A stretch of 64,000 nt of DNA from Verrucomicrobiota bacterium (GTDB taxonomy: Bacteria; Verrucomicrobiota; Verrucomicrobiia; Opitutales; Cerasicoccaceae). The DNA is taken from assembly GCA_039818205.1 (NCBI GenBank), contig JBCBUK010000011.1:64001-128000 (forward strand). Reading direction: 5' to 3'. Below, in pieces: positions 37,366-48,360 of the stretch. The notes beneath the pieces were generated by a model that was not told where the DNA came from, made no database searches, and worked only from the letters and a program-made list of their open reading frames with translations. The position numbers were made by a program, and so were the translations under genes. The stretch's first letter is position 1; each line of letters starts with the position of its first letter.

Positions 37366-37537
37366 TTGGAGGAGTCTATCGCTGTTTTCCGACAACGAGA
37401 CGAAATCCCGAAACGCATGTCTTTTAAGAGTTTCTAAACCGGTGATGTTTCTTGGATTTGTGTCGGCATGTTTCGCGTCTTGTATTGTATGCTCTTCCTG
37501 CCCAAAAATTTTGTGATGGCTTACGCAGTGAATAACC

Positions 37538-38251
37538 ATGCTTCGATTTGATCTCATTACCTTGTTTCCTCGGATGGCTGAGGGCTTCCTGCAGGAAAGT
37601 ATGCTGGGGCAGGCCGCGAAGAACGAGCTGCTCGAAATAGGCGTGCACGATTTGCGCGATTGGTCGCAGAATAAGCATCAGACGGCCGATGACCGGCCTT
37701 TCGGTGGTGGTCCGGGGATGGTTTTGTCACCGGAGCCGCTGTTTTTGTCGATTGAGGAGGTCTCAACCCCGGGAGCCGAGGTCATTTTTCTCTGCCCAGA
37801 CGGCGAGCCGCTGTCGACTCCGATGGCGCGTGAATTGGCGCAGAAAGAGCACATTGTGTTGGTCTCTGGACACTACGAGGGGATTGACCAGCGGGTGCGT
37901 GATCACTTGGTTACGCGGGAGGTTTCCATTGGTGATTACGTGCTGACGAATGGCACTTTGCCTGCCTGTGTGCTGATTGATTGTGTGGCTCGATATGTTC
38001 CAGGTGTTTTAGGTGAAGAAAAATCCTTGACGCAGGACTCCTTTAGCGGCACTTTCCTCGGTTTTCCTCAATTCACGCGTCCAGCAGACTATCGTGGGAT
38101 GAAAGTTCCGGAGGTTTTGCTGAGTGGCAATCACGCCGCGATTGAAGCGTGGAGGCAGGAACAAAGTCTTTTAAAAACTCAGCAACGTCGGCCCGATTTG
38201 TTGGAGCGAGCAGCCAAAGCAGCGCCGCCCGATGAAAAGAGCCCCCATTAA
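37538..38251 (+). CDS. trmD: tRNA (guanine37-N1)-methyltransferase
   Basis: [37 protein letters not shown]. Confidence 0.97.
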   Translation: MLRFDLITLFPRMAEGFLQESMLGQAAKNELLEIGVHDLRDWSQNKHQTADDRPFGGGPGMVLSPEPLFLSIEEVSTPGAEVIFLCPDGEPLSTPMARELAQKEHIVLVSGHYEGIDQRVRDHLVTREVSIGDYVLTNGTLPACVLIDCVARYVPGVLGEEKSLTQDSFSGTFLGFPQFTRPADYRGMKVPEVLLSGNHAAIEAWRQEQSLLKTQQRRPDLLERAAKAAPPDEKSPH

Positions 38252-38265
38252 GTCCACCACCAGTC

Positions 38266-38637
38266 ATGCAAGCCTTACTTGAAGAAGTCACTTCGCACCA
38301 ACTCGATTCCAACCGCCTGAATTTCAAGGTTGGTGACGGGGTGCGCGTCCACACACGCGTTCGCGAGGGTGACAAGGAGCGTATCCAGATTTTCGCTGGA
38401 ATCGTTATCGCCCGCAAGGGTTCCGGCATCCGTGAAGCGTTCACGGTCCGTCGCATTAGCTTTGGTGAGGGCGTCGAGCGCGTCTTCCCCATTCACTCGC
38501 CCAACATCGACAAGATCGAAGTCGATCGCGAGTCCGTCGTTCGTAAGGCGCGTCTTTACTACCTGCGCGGCCGCATCGGTAAGGAAGCGACCAAGGTTAA
38601 AGAAAAGCGTTTGGTTGAAGCCGCTCGCAAGAAGTAA
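38266..38637 (+). CDS. rplS: 50S ribosomal protein L19
   Basis: [33 protein letters not shown]. Confidence 0.97.
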   Translation: MQALLEEVTSHQLDSNRLNFKVGDGVRVHTRVREGDKERIQIFAGIVIARKGSGIREAFTVRRISFGEGVERVFPIHSPNIDKIEVDRESVVRKARLYYLRGRIGKEATKVKEKRLVEAARKK

Positions 38638-38661
38638 ACCGCGAATAAGGAATTTATCATC

Positions 38662-39153
38662 ATGGCGACTACCAACGTTTTACTCCTCCAGCCAGTTGAG
38701 AGCCTCGGTCACGAAGGTGACCAGGTGACCGTTAAGGCCGGTTATGCACGCAACTTTCTGTTGCCACGCAACCTTGCTTTGCCGGTTAACCGCGCAAACC
38801 AAAAGTACATCCAATCGCTTCAAGCTCGCAAGGAAGCCCGCCTCAAGCAGGAGCGCGAGCACGCTGAGCAGGTTCTTGCTCGTTTGGAAACCGTTTCCAT
38901 CGCGATCGCCGTAAAGACCGGTGAAGGTGGCAAGATGTTCGGTTCGGTGACTTCTCAAGACTTGGTTGACCGCTTGAAGGAAGACGGTATCGAAGTCGGG
39001 CGCAAGCAGCTCAACCTCCACACGCCGGTTAAGAGCCTCGGAAAGCACACCACCAAGGTTAAGCTTCACCCAGAGATCTCTTACCAGCTTGAGTGGGAAG
39101 TTGTTTCGGAGAATCCAATCGAAGAAACCACCGAAGAGGCAGCCGAAAGCTAG
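38662..39153 (+). CDS. rplI: 50S ribosomal protein L9
   Basis: VKAGYARNFLLP, GKMFGSVT, VKLHPE. Confidence 0.97.
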   Translation: MATTNVLLLQPVESLGHEGDQVTVKAGYARNFLLPRNLALPVNRANQKYIQSLQARKEARLKQEREHAEQVLARLETVSIAIAVKTGEGGKMFGSVTSQDLVDRLKEDGIEVGRKQLNLHTPVKSLGKHTTKVKLHPEISYQLEWEVVSENPIEETTEEAAES

Positions 39154-39179
39154 TCCGATCGGATCCTTAGATTTTCGAA

Positions 39180-39211
39180 GAGCCGCACGATGTTATCGGG
39201 CGGTTTTTTTG
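39180..39211 (+). terminator. Intrinsic terminator after rplI
   Basis: gccgcacga...tcgggcggt hairpin followed by a T7 run. Confidence 0.65.
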
Positions 39212-39267
39212 TGCCCGGAGTACTGCGGCTTGTCAAATGAGTGCGGCTGGCGTAGTCATGTCGTCCA

Positions 39268-41214
39268 TTGGCGGGTGAATCGGCAGAGCATGGGGCATCG
39301 CATGGCGCGAAGAAATTGTCGCCCGCCTTGTTGCTGGGTGCGCTTGGCGTGGTTTTTGGAGACATCGGAACGAGCCCGCTTTACGCCTTCAGTGCTGCGT
39401 GCAAGTTCCTCGACGCCGATAATTTTGAGACTTCGGTTCTTGGGATCAGCTCGCTCTTTTTCTGGGCGTTGATCCTCGTGGTTACCGTGAAGTATCTCGG
39501 CTTCGTCATGCGAGCTGACAACCACGGAGAGGGTGGGGTGTTCGCACTGTTGGCTCAGCTGCGACCCTACATCAAAAAGAAGGGCGGGACGCCGGTGATT
39601 ATGTTGATAATCCTGTTTGGGGCCGCGTTGCTTTTGGGAGACGGCGTGATCACCCCCGCGATCTCGGTGCTTAGCGCAGTCGAGGGTTTGGAATTTGTAA
39701 CGCCCGAGTTGCACAGATTTATCGTGCCCATTTCCATTCTGATTCTGGCAGTGCTATTTCTCGTGCAGCGGTTTGGCACGGGCTCGATCGGTGTGCTCTT
39801 CGGGCCGGTAATGTTGGTTTGGTTTGTTACTTTGGGAGCCCTCGGGGCTTGGCAGCTTTTTGAACACGGGCTCGACGTGCTCCAGGCAGCCAATCCCTGG
39901 TTTGCGGCAAAGTTCCTCGTGACGCATCCAGGGATCGCTATTTTCGTCATTGGCGCGGTTGTCTTATGTGTGACTGGCGCGGAAGCCCTGTTCGCGGATA
40001 TGGGCCACTTTGGCCGACTGCCAATCGTTATGGCGTGGTATTTTGTGGCGCTGCCGGGGCTCGTTTTGAATTACTTTGGTCAGGCGGCGATGGTTTTAGC
40101 TCGAGGGAAAGCGCCGGAGAATAGTTTCTATGCGCTCGTTCCGGATGGCTGGCCGACGTTGATGCTCACGATATTGGCGACACTTGCCACGATTGTCGCC
40201 TCACAGGCATTGATCTCCGGGAGCTTCGCATTGGTTCGCCAGGGGATTCAGTTGCACCTGCTGCCGCCTCTTAAGATCATCCACACTTCGCGGCAGCACG
40301 AGCAGCAGATCTTCATTCCGCTGGTGAACACCTGCCTTGGGGTTGCCTGCATCTTTACCGTGCTGATGTTTCGCTCGGCCGATAACTTGGCGGCCGCGTA
40401 TGGTTTGGCAGATACCGGAGCGATGATGGTTACCTCGATCGCATACTTTGTCGTGCGGCGTAAGCGGATGAAGAAGGGCATCGTAAGTAGTGTGGCCCTG
40501 CTGGCCTTGTTCTTGACGGTCGATTTTCTCTTCTTTTCCGCAAATTTGCTCAAGTTGTTGTCGGGTGGCTACTATCCATTGGCAATTGCCGGTGCGGTTT
40601 TCTTTGTGATGGTTACCTATTACCTCGGTCGGCTTGCCTTGCACGACTATCACACAACCCAGCGCGCCCCACTCAAAAGCTTCCTGGAAGACCTGAAGCC
40701 CGAGGACTATCAGCGGATGCCCGGGACCGCCGTTTTTCTTACGGGTAACAACCTCATCATGCCGATTCCGCTGGCGAACCAGCTGAGGCTATACCAGGTC
40801 CTCCGCGAGCGCAATGTGATGTTAACCATGGCGCCGGAATCGGTGCCCCGAGTCTTGGGTAAATCGACAACGGAAACCGTGCCGCTGGCACATGGATTTG
40901 TTCGCGTCACGGCGTCGTATGGTTACGAGGAGCAGCCGGATTTGGATGCGATCTTGAAGGAGGCCGAGGAGCGGTTATTTGAGGGTGCTTTGCCGCGGCC
41001 CGTGGTCTATTTCGTTGCCCGGGAGCGGATCATTCCGTCGAAGGACTCGCCCTTGCCTATGTTTCAGGAGAAGCTCTTCGCATTTCTTCACCGCAATGCT
41101 CGACCCATCTACGAATACTTCCATTGGAAGTCAGATGACTTCATTGAGACTATCTACGCGGTCCGGCTTGGGGAAAAAGTCGACCAGCCCGAGCATTTTC
41201 CGCCCAAGCGCTAG
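39268..41214 (+). CDS. kup: KUP/HAK/KT potassium transporter
   Basis: GVVFGDIGTSPLY, ADNHGEGG, TPAISVLSAVEG, GAEALFADMGHF. Confidence 0.96.
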   Translation: MAGESAEHGASHGAKKLSPALLLGALGVVFGDIGTSPLYAFSAACKFLDADNFETSVLGISSLFFWALILVVTVKYLGFVMRADNHGEGGVFALLAQLRPYIKKKGGTPVIMLIILFGAALLLGDGVITPAISVLSAVEGLEFVTPELHRFIVPISILILAVLFLVQRFGTGSIGVLFGPVMLVWFVTLGALGAWQLFEHGLDVLQAANPWFAAKFLVTHPGIAIFVIGAVVLCVTGAEALFADMGHFGRLPIVMAWYFVALPGLVLNYFGQAAMVLARGKAPENSFYALVPDGWPTLMLTILATLATIVASQALISGSFALVRQGIQLHLLPPLKIIHTSRQHEQQIFIPLVNTCLGVACIFTVLMFRSADNLAAAYGLADTGAMMVTSIAYFVVRRKRMKKGIVSSVALLALFLTVDFLFFSANLLKLLSGGYYPLAIAGAVFFVMVTYYLGRLALHDYHTTQRAPLKSFLEDLKPEDYQRMPGTAVFLTGNNLIMPIPLANQLRLYQVLRERNVMLTMAPESVPRVLGKSTTETVPLAHGFVRVTASYGYEEQPDLDAILKEAEERLFEGALPRPVVYFVARERIIPSKDSPLPMFQEKLFAFLHRNARPIYEYFHWKSDDFIETIYAVRLGEKVDQPEHFPPKR

Positions 41215-42260
41215 GTGCCGTCGTCTTTGGCCTTTTGCGGCACGGTATCAGACAGAAGATAGGCAATGCCGCGAGTTTTCTCCCCAGCCTCGAGTGCGAC
41301 TTTGATGGCCATGGTCAAGGGGACCGAAAGCAGCATGCCGACCGGACCAAGCATCCAGCCCCAGAGAAACAGTGTGACGATGATGATCATGGGCGACAGG
41401 CCGAGTCCCTTACCCATGTAGCGGGGCTCCAAAAAGTTACTGACGCCGACGTTGATACAAACGTAGCCCAGCGTTACAAAGATGGCATCGCCAACCCCGT
41501 GCAAGACGAGCGCCAGTAGGATTCCCGGGAACGCCGCGATGATTGAACCAATGCTGGGAACGTAATTGAGCAGGAAGGCCAGGACACCCAACAGAATTGG
41601 ATAATCCACCTTGAAAAAGTAGAGCAGAATCATGACCAGGATCCCCGTCAGGGTGCTCATCACGGTCTTCATTCCCATGTAGGAGCGCACGTTCTCGACG
41701 ATGAGTACCATGTCGTTCCATCGATTCTCCGTCATACCCGGCAAGTGGCGTATTTTGTCAGGGAGCCGGGCAGCTTCCATTAGGATGAAGATGGCGACCA
41801 AGATAATGACGAAGGCATTTGAGAGGAGTAGGCTGACCGACCCGAGAAGGCTGGCCGTTTGCCGAAAAAGCGATCGGGTATCGAGCATTTGCCTGACCGC
41901 GTCCTCCTCAATGTCGACGCCTTTATCTTTGAGCCAATCGACGCTGTTGTTAATCTGCTGAGTTAGCTCGAACTGGTATTTGGGCAGGTTGCTCGCGAAC
42001 TCGTTAACCGCATTGGTAAAGAAGCTCGCTGCCGAGAGGCCAATGCCAAAAAGCCCAAGAATCAAAACGATCAACGCGGCCCAGGAGGGCGCTCCCATGC
42101 GCTGAAGCCAGAAATAGACGGGGTTGATCAGGATGACCAAGAAAACCGCGAGGAGGAAGGGCACCACAATATCGGCCGCCGCTCGCAGGCCAGCGATCAC
42201 GACCACGGTTGCCGCTAGGGCGAGTAAGAAATTCAACGCGGTTGGTCGGGATATGGGCAT
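41211..42260 (-). CDS. AI-2E family transporter
   Basis: LNYVPSIG, LEPRYMG, GPVGMLLSVP. Confidence 0.9.
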   Translation of the reverse strand: MPISRPTALNFLLALAATVVVIAGLRAAADIVVPFLLAVFLVILINPVYFWLQRMGAPSWAALIVLILGLFGIGLSAASFFTNAVNEFASNLPKYQFELTQQINNSVDWLKDKGVDIEEDAVRQMLDTRSLFRQTASLLGSVSLLLSNAFVIILVAIFILMEAARLPDKIRHLPGMTENRWNDMVLIVENVRSYMGMKTVMSTLTGILVMILLYFFKVDYPILLGVLAFLLNYVPSIGSIIAAFPGILLALVLHGVGDAIFVTLGYVCINVGVSNFLEPRYMGKGLGLSPMIIIVTLFLWGWMLGPVGMLLSVPLTMAIKVALEAGEKTRGIAYLLSDTVPQKAKDDGT

Positions 42261-42405
42261 AGGGTGATGCTTAGTCTAAAAAATGACTCAATACTTTCAC
42301 CCGAATGAAGGCAATGAATGAATTCCCCCCGCAAGGTGTTCCGTTGGGATTTCCGAGGAGGAGCAGTATCGCTAGTATGATGCGGCAATTGGATGGTCGG
42401 TGCAC

Positions 42406-43164
42406 CTACAGCCGCACCGGTAGCTCAGCTTCTTGCAGCGCTTCCTTGGCTTCTTTGATGGTATAAGTGCCAAAGTGGAAGATGGAGGCGGCGAGGACGG
42501 CGCTGGCTTTGCCGTCTTGCAGGACATCAACTAGGTGGTCGAGCTTGCCCGCGCCGCCACTGGCTATGACCGGAATGCTGACAGCATCACTCACCGCTCG
42601 GGTAAGGGCGACGTCGTATCCGTCTTTGGTGCCATCGGAGTCCATGCTCGTGAGCAGTATTTCCCCGGCACCCAGTTCAGTGACTTTTTTCGCCCACTCA
42701 ATGGCATCGAGCCCGGTTGGGTTGCGTCCACCGTGGGTGAAGACTTCCCACTTACCATCGGTGACTTGTTTGGCATCAATCGCCACCACGATACATTGGT
42801 TGCCAAATTTTTCCGAGGCCTCGCGGATGAGTTCCGGCGTTTTGACGGCTGAGGTGTTGAGACTGATTTTGTCGGCGCCAGCGTTGAGCATCGCCCGGAT
42901 GTCTTCGAGGCTGCGCAGTCCACCGCCCACAGTCAGGGGCATGAAACATTCGCTCGCGGTGCGTTCCACGACATCATACATGATGTTGCGCTCGTCACTC
43001 GAGGCGGTGATATCGAGGAAGACCAGCTCGTCAGCGCCTTGCTTTTCGTAGGCCTTTGCCTGCTCGACCGGGTCACCGGCATCAATGAGATTGACGAAAT
43101 TAACCCCCTTCACCACGCGACCGGCGTGGACATCGAGGCAAGGAATGATTCGAACGCTGAGCAT
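42406..43164 (-). CDS. hisF: Imidazole glycerol phosphate synthase cyclase subunit
   Basis: [32 protein letters not shown]; start placed at ATG 43164. Confidence 0.97.
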   Translation of the reverse strand: MLSVRIIPCLDVHAGRVVKGVNFVNLIDAGDPVEQAKAYEKQGADELVFLDITASSDERNIMYDVVERTASECFMPLTVGGGLRSLEDIRAMLNAGADKISLNTSAVKTPELIREASEKFGNQCIVVAIDAKQVTDGKWEVFTHGGRNPTGLDAIEWAKKVTELGAGEILLTSMDSDGTKDGYDVALTRAVSDAVSIPVIASGGAGKLDHLVDVLQDGKASAVLAASIFHFGTYTIKEAKEALQEAELPVRL

Positions 43165-43193
43165 TGCGCATTGCGTAATTTTGCGAAGCAAAA

Positions 43194-44951
43194 TTACTCG
43201 TCGGCCATGGCGAGGTCGGGCTCGAACTCGACGGTAAGGCGGTATTGCTGCCCTGGGCGCATGACCAGCGGGTGGTCCCGACGGAGTGCTTGCAGGTAGT
43301 GCAGCTTGCCCCAGTAAGTCTTGTATTCTGGGCTGGCAGTGACCGATTGAGTATCGGCCCACTCGGCATGGAAATCGTCCTTAACGACTGCTGGGCGCAA
43401 TCCTTCTGCTCCCATGGTGAACGACAAACCGTGACGGTAGTGGTTGTGCGGCATACCCAGGGCGATCAGGTAGCGCATGGACTGCATCTCGGTCTGTTGT
43501 TTGACCGAGAAGACAAAATCACTCGTCATCTTGCCGCCCACGAAAGTCCAGGAGACCTTGCAGGAGCCGAGGCCAGAAACCATCTTCTCGTCCTTGGTAA
43601 TCAGGTCTGGCTGCTCGTAGGAGAAAGTCAATGCGCCGCGAAGGCCTTGGCGGATCGTGCATCGTTTGCCGTAGAAGGACGGGATGATGACGTTTTCACC
43701 AAAGGTTAGCTCGGGAAGTAGAATCGGCAGATACTTCGCAACGGGCCAATCGATAATACCCGGGCAGTGCGGGAAGGCCAGGGAGTCACTGTAGTTCTCG
43801 CGACCCTGGCTGATCAATGGTATCTGCACATGCAGGCCACTTTCAGGGTCGTGGTAGAGGAACAGGCCCTGCTCTTTTTTGTGCGACTTGTCGAAAACAA
43901 CGAAGCGGCTGATGCGCTTTGGTGGAGCTGGCTTTGCGTCCATTTCGCCACCGATTGAGCGCGCGAGGCGTGCCCACTGACAAAGGTAGCGTGCTGCGTC
44001 GAAGTTCGCCATTCGGGTGGTGTGGTTGTCACCAGTGGTGCGTTCTTCGTCGCGAATGACCAGGAAGCCGTGTTCACGGTCGACGTAAGTCAGGAAGAAA
44101 AATTGGAAGAGGCGACGCATCAGGTCGACAAACTTTGGCTTGTCGGCGTCCGAGATCCAGCCATCGCGGAGGGCTTGGAGGATCAAGCTGATGCAATGCA
44201 TTTGACCGTAAGCGCCGATGCCACGGCCATAGCTCCAGCCCATACCGTCCAAGCGGACAATGTCGGGAAGCATCTTCAGGTATTTTTCCGCGTGGGTGCG
44301 CAAGCTAGGCAGCTTGCGATCGCGCAAGTGCATGTTGGCATGCAGTTGCAGGGCCTGGCGGATGAATACAAAGCTAAGGACACCGTAAACGTCGAAGCAG
44401 CCGCCGACGCCGGATGGTTCATCATCCATGTAGCCCGTGCTGCTGTTTTCTTTGATGCGCTCAATGAAGCGGTCAACGAGCTTTCCAGTCTCATCCTTTT
44501 TGGAGAGGCCCATGGAGAAGCGAGTCACGGCTTTCGCGATGTTGAACGACTGCAGGTGGTTGTCGTAATCGCTGCGCTGAAGCAGGCGCTTGTCTAACGT
44601 TTCCTGAGTTTGCTCAAGGAGGCGCTCCCATACCGGGTTACGTTCCTTGGCGGGGCTAAACGACAAAAGGCCGAGAGCGGCGTAAGCGAGGCCGTTTTCT
44701 GCCTCCTCTTCGGTGAAGGTCTGCGCGGTGATGGTGCGTGCAGTCAGGTCGACTAGATCGTAGTCACCGAATTTCGACTCATTGGTCAGTCTAAAGTACT
44801 CACCAATGGCGAGTGCGGCGTGGCCCGGTTCGTCCGAGCGCGAATGTTCGCCCTCGATCGGCTGGATAGTACCATCTTCATTGATGGCTTCTAAGTTGTG
44901 ACTCAGGATTGCCTGAGCCATATCGAGGCACTGCTCTGCGAAGTTATGCAT
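43194..44951 (-). CDS. Conserved-looking hypothetical protein (possible alpha/alpha-toroid plus beta domain)
   Basis: 585-aa ORF with a helical N-terminal part and beta-rich C-terminal part; co-oriented with hisF. Confidence 0.7.
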   Translation of the reverse strand: MHNFAEQCLDMAQAILSHNLEAINEDGTIQPIEGEHSRSDEPGHAALAIGEYFRLTNESKFGDYDLVDLTARTITAQTFTEEEAENGLAYAALGLLSFSPAKERNPVWERLLEQTQETLDKRLLQRSDYDNHLQSFNIAKAVTRFSMGLSKKDETGKLVDRFIERIKENSSTGYMDDEPSGVGGCFDVYGVLSFVFIRQALQLHANMHLRDRKLPSLRTHAEKYLKMLPDIVRLDGMGWSYGRGIGAYGQMHCISLILQALRDGWISDADKPKFVDLMRRLFQFFFLTYVDREHGFLVIRDEERTTGDNHTTRMANFDAARYLCQWARLARSIGGEMDAKPAPPKRISRFVVFDKSHKKEQGLFLYHDPESGLHVQIPLISQGRENYSDSLAFPHCPGIIDWPVAKYLPILLPELTFGENVIIPSFYGKRCTIRQGLRGALTFSYEQPDLITKDEKMVSGLGSCKVSWTFVGGKMTSDFVFSVKQQTEMQSMRYLIALGMPHNHYRHGLSFTMGAEGLRPAVVKDDFHAEWADTQSVTASPEYKTYWGKLHYLQALRRDHPLVMRPGQQYRLTVEFEPDLAMADE

Positions 44952-45209
44952 CTATGTGGTTAGAGGAGGTCTCTACGATAGGGATCGTTTCGGAAAAAGT
45001 CACACAGTTGTGTAGCACGCGGAACTACTGTCAACCCCCTTTATTTCACCGATTTCAATTGTTTTAGGCGAAGCCAGTTAATTTTTTCCAATAAGTGCAC
45101 CAATTACGCAATTTAGTGGATGGTGAACGGATCAAAACCCGCTTGCACCGGTGCCAGAAGTCTCTAGCTTAGGGGATCTTCCAAATTTTCACTTAAAAAT
45201 ACGAAATTC

Positions 45210-45845
45210 ATGAGACCCTTTCTCCCCGCATTTTCACTTTTTTTAGCGCTCTGCAGTCAATTATTTGCGTTCGATGGTGACATCACCATGGAATCCGTAA
45301 TGGGCGGCCAGGCTGTGAACTCCACTTTCGTCGCTAAGGGTGCGAAGGTTAAAGTTTCGCCACCGGGAGGCATGGGGACGGTGATCATCGATCGCAGCAC
45401 CGACGACGTGTATATTTTGATGGATGCCCAGCGGATGTACATGAAGCGCCCAATGGATTCTCTCCAAGCACCACAGCCCGATGGGGAAATTACTGATTCG
45501 GGTGAAACGGATGAGATCTTGGGTTATCCCGTTCGCAAATTAGTTTTTACCGAAGCCAGCGGCAACTATACCGAGATTTGGGCAACGACGGAAATCAAGA
45601 ACGAGGCGCTCAACAATATGCCGGGGGTGAATCAGAAGATGCTCGATCAGATTGAGGCTGTATTTGGCACTTCGGAGATCCTTCCCCTGAAGACAGTCAC
45701 TCACAACAAGGATGGTGTTGTTTTGAATGCCATGACGGTCACCGCAATTACTCCTCGTGAGGTTAGTGATGCGGAAGTATCGATTCCTGAAGGTTACACC
45801 GAGTTTGAGATGCCAGCGGGAGCACCCGTTGCTCCTGGCCAGTAA
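45210..45845 (+). CDS. DUF4412-like exported protein
   Basis: Signal peptide; GETDEILGY, TEIWAT, SIPEGY. Confidence 0.7.
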   Translation: MRPFLPAFSLFLALCSQLFAFDGDITMESVMGGQAVNSTFVAKGAKVKVSPPGGMGTVIIDRSTDDVYILMDAQRMYMKRPMDSLQAPQPDGEITDSGETDEILGYPVRKLVFTEASGNYTEIWATTEIKNEALNNMPGVNQKMLDQIEAVFGTSEILPLKTVTHNKDGVVLNAMTVTAITPREVSDAEVSIPEGYTEFEMPAGAPVAPGQ

Positions 45846-45868
45846 TGATTGTTATTTGGAAATTTTTC

Positions 45869-45899
45869 CGAGCACCGTCCCGAAAGGGCGGTGCTTTTT
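45869..45899 (+). terminator. Intrinsic terminator
   Basis: gagcaccgtccc-gaaa-gggcggtgct followed by tttt. Confidence 0.75.
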
Positions 45900-46891
45900 C
45901 ATTGCATCCAGTCGGCCCATTTCGCGCCGTAGTCCGCTAGATCGTCACTTGTAACGAGCTCAATCTGAGTTTCGATAAGGACCGTTTGCGGAGACTCTTT
46001 CAGGTGGATGAATTTGATGAGCGCATCCATCGCGAGGTAGCCCCATCGGTAGTACTGCTGGGCAATGAGGGCGTCGACGCTCCCTTGAGCGAGGTATGGC
46101 AGGGAGGGTGGAAGCGCATCGGCTGCTACGCAGGGCATCTCGCCTGGTTGCCAGGGGAGTTGGGCAACGCCCATGAGCGGCCATTTCGTGAGGAAAATCC
46201 AGCCGTCTATTTCTTCGTTGCGGTCCTCGTTCATGGCGAAGTGGAGGATCTCCCGGGCGCCATTCACGGATTCTGGACACGGGTAGATGTCAAAAATTTC
46301 CACCTTCTCTTGCTCAGCCGCTGCTTGTTTGATTGCAGCCAGGCGCTTGGCAATACCTGGTGAACTCGTGTCACCAGCGAGAATGGCAACGTTGTTACTG
46401 CTGCCCCAGCTGGGAAGCTCCTCCGAGATTTGCATGAACAAGGCCTTGCCCATCGCTGAGTTGTCGGTTTGCACGGTAGCGAGCCGACTGCTTTGTGGGG
46501 CGTCACCGTCAAAGGTCACGGTTGGGATCCCACGTTGCATTAAGGAGTCGATCACTGGTGTGATCGCTGTTGGATCGGCTACGGAAATGATGACGCCGTT
46601 GGCACCGTCGGCATAGGCTTTTTGGAGTGCTTCCGCCTGGGCCGCAGAGTCACGGTTCATTGCGGTTAGGTCGACGATTTTGATCTCGAGCTTATGGGCG
46701 AGTTCGAGACGATTGGCAGCATCGCGAGCGCCGGTGCGGGCGGCCCCAAACACGGGATCTGAGCCGTCTTTGCCGATAAATGCTACGGAGTAGCGTTCCC
46801 AAATTTCGCGGGGACGCGCGGCACTGGATATGCTTGCGCCCAGCACCAAAACCGCGAGGACGAGGCTCAAAGATAAAGAGAATGGTTTCAT
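45899..46891 (-). CDS. Periplasmic sugar-binding protein (RbsB/LacI-type fold)
   Basis: Signal peptide; GVIIS, GIPTVTFDGDAP, TDNSAMG, AQQYYRWGY. Confidence 0.85.
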   Translation of the reverse strand: MKPFSLSLSLVLAVLVLGASISSAARPREIWERYSVAFIGKDGSDPVFGAARTGARDAANRLELAHKLEIKIVDLTAMNRDSAAQAEALQKAYADGANGVIISVADPTAITPVIDSLMQRGIPTVTFDGDAPQSSRLATVQTDNSAMGKALFMQISEELPSWGSSNNVAILAGDTSSPGIAKRLAAIKQAAAEQEKVEIFDIYPCPESVNGAREILHFAMNEDRNEEIDGWIFLTKWPLMGVAQLPWQPGEMPCVAADALPPSLPYLAQGSVDALIAQQYYRWGYLAMDALIKFIHLKESPQTVLIETQIELVTSDDLADYGAKWADWMQ

Positions 46892-46968
46892 AGGGTTTCG
46901 AGTGAAGGCGCGATTTTCGTTGCCAGCTCGCTAATGCTAAGACGGGCTATTGAACCATTGGTTCCGCA

Positions 46969-48357
46969 ATGAATGCAATAACGGTAATCGCGCTTTTTGT
47001 TTCCGGTCTTGTGGTCGGGTTGGTCGCTTGTTGGCTGATCATGCGGCGGGCCAAGGAGGATGCGCGGGCACTCGGTCGCGCTGAGCTCGAAACTGACTAT
47101 GCCTTAGCCGTTCAGCGAGCGGATGAGCTTGCCAGCCAGTTGGGAGCTCAAGAGCAGCAGCTTGCCGCGAAGGTTCAGGAGTCGACAGAACTCGCCCTGC
47201 GTTTGCGGGAAACGGAAACACGGCGTGATCAAGAGATCATGGCTGCCGAAAAACAGTTGCGGGAGATCGAGGAGGTCAAGGAGCGGCTCCTTGATGCATT
47301 CAAAGGCTTGTCTGCAGATGCCTTGCGCGCCAATAACAGTGAGTTCCTGAAGCTCGCGAAGGAGAATTTAGACCGCTACCAGGAAGGTGCGAAGGGGGAC
47401 TTAGATAAGCGCCAAACGGCTATCAATCAAATGGTCACGCCCATTCGCGAATCGCTGGACAAGGTTCAAACGAACCTCAAGGAGATTGAGAAGCAACGGG
47501 TGGGTGCATATGCCGGCTTGGAGCAGCAAATAAAAGACATGATTTCCGTCCAGCGCTCGCTGCAGGGTGAAACAGCAAATTTGGTCAAAGCCTTGCGAGC
47601 ACCACAGGTTCGTGGACGCTGGGGCGAGATGCAACTGCGCCGCACCGTTGAGATGGCGGGCATGATTAACTACTGCGATTTTCTGGAGCAGGAGAACGTC
47701 TCGACTGAAGAGGGACGACTGCGTCCCGATATGGTTATCAAGCTGCCCAACAGTCGTCAGGTGATTGTCGATGCCAAAGCGCCGCTCGCCGCCTACCTTG
47801 ATGCGCTCGAGTGCGAGGATCCCGATGAGCAACGGGCACGCTTGGCGGACCACGCAAGGCAAGTCCGCGATCATTTGAAGAAGCTGAGTGAGAAGCGGTA
47901 TTGGAGTCAGTTCGATTTCACCCCGGAGTTCGTGGTGTTGTTTTTGCCAGGTGAGACATTTTTCAGTGCGGCGCTTGAGCAGGATCCAGGTCTCATTGAA
48001 TACGGTACGGATAGTCGCGTAATTCTCGCGACGCCCACGACATTGATCGCTTTGTTGAAAGCCGTTGCCTACGGATGGCGCCAGGAGGAAATCGCCAAGG
48101 AAGCTAAACAAATCAGTGAACTGGGTGGCGAGTTGTACGATCGAATTGCGACGCTGGCTGGTCATTTTGATGATTTGAGGAAAGGTTTGGACCGCGCAAC
48201 GGGGGCCTACAACAAGGCAGTTTCGTCCATGGAACGGCGGGTGTTGGTCTCCGCTCGAAAATTTCGCGAAATTCACGCGACGAGCGCCAAGGAGTTGCCG
48301 GTTGCCGAAGAAGCAGAGACGCATCTCACCCCGCCACCCAGTGTCGAGCGCGATTAG
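46969..48357 (+). CDS. rmuC: DNA recombination protein RmuC
   Basis: N-terminal TM and coiled coil; [34 protein letters not shown]. Confidence 0.95.
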   Translation: MNAITVIALFVSGLVVGLVACWLIMRRAKEDARALGRAELETDYALAVQRADELASQLGAQEQQLAAKVQESTELALRLRETETRRDQEIMAAEKQLREIEEVKERLLDAFKGLSADALRANNSEFLKLAKENLDRYQEGAKGDLDKRQTAINQMVTPIRESLDKVQTNLKEIEKQRVGAYAGLEQQIKDMISVQRSLQGETANLVKALRAPQVRGRWGEMQLRRTVEMAGMINYCDFLEQENVSTEEGRLRPDMVIKLPNSRQVIVDAKAPLAAYLDALECEDPDEQRARLADHARQVRDHLKKLSEKRYWSQFDFTPEFVVLFLPGETFFSAALEQDPGLIEYGTDSRVILATPTTLIALLKAVAYGWRQEEIAKEAKQISELGGELYDRIATLAGHFDDLRKGLDRATGAYNKAVSSMERRVLVSARKFREIHATSAKELPVAEEAETHLTPPPSVERD

Positions 48358-48360
48358 GCG

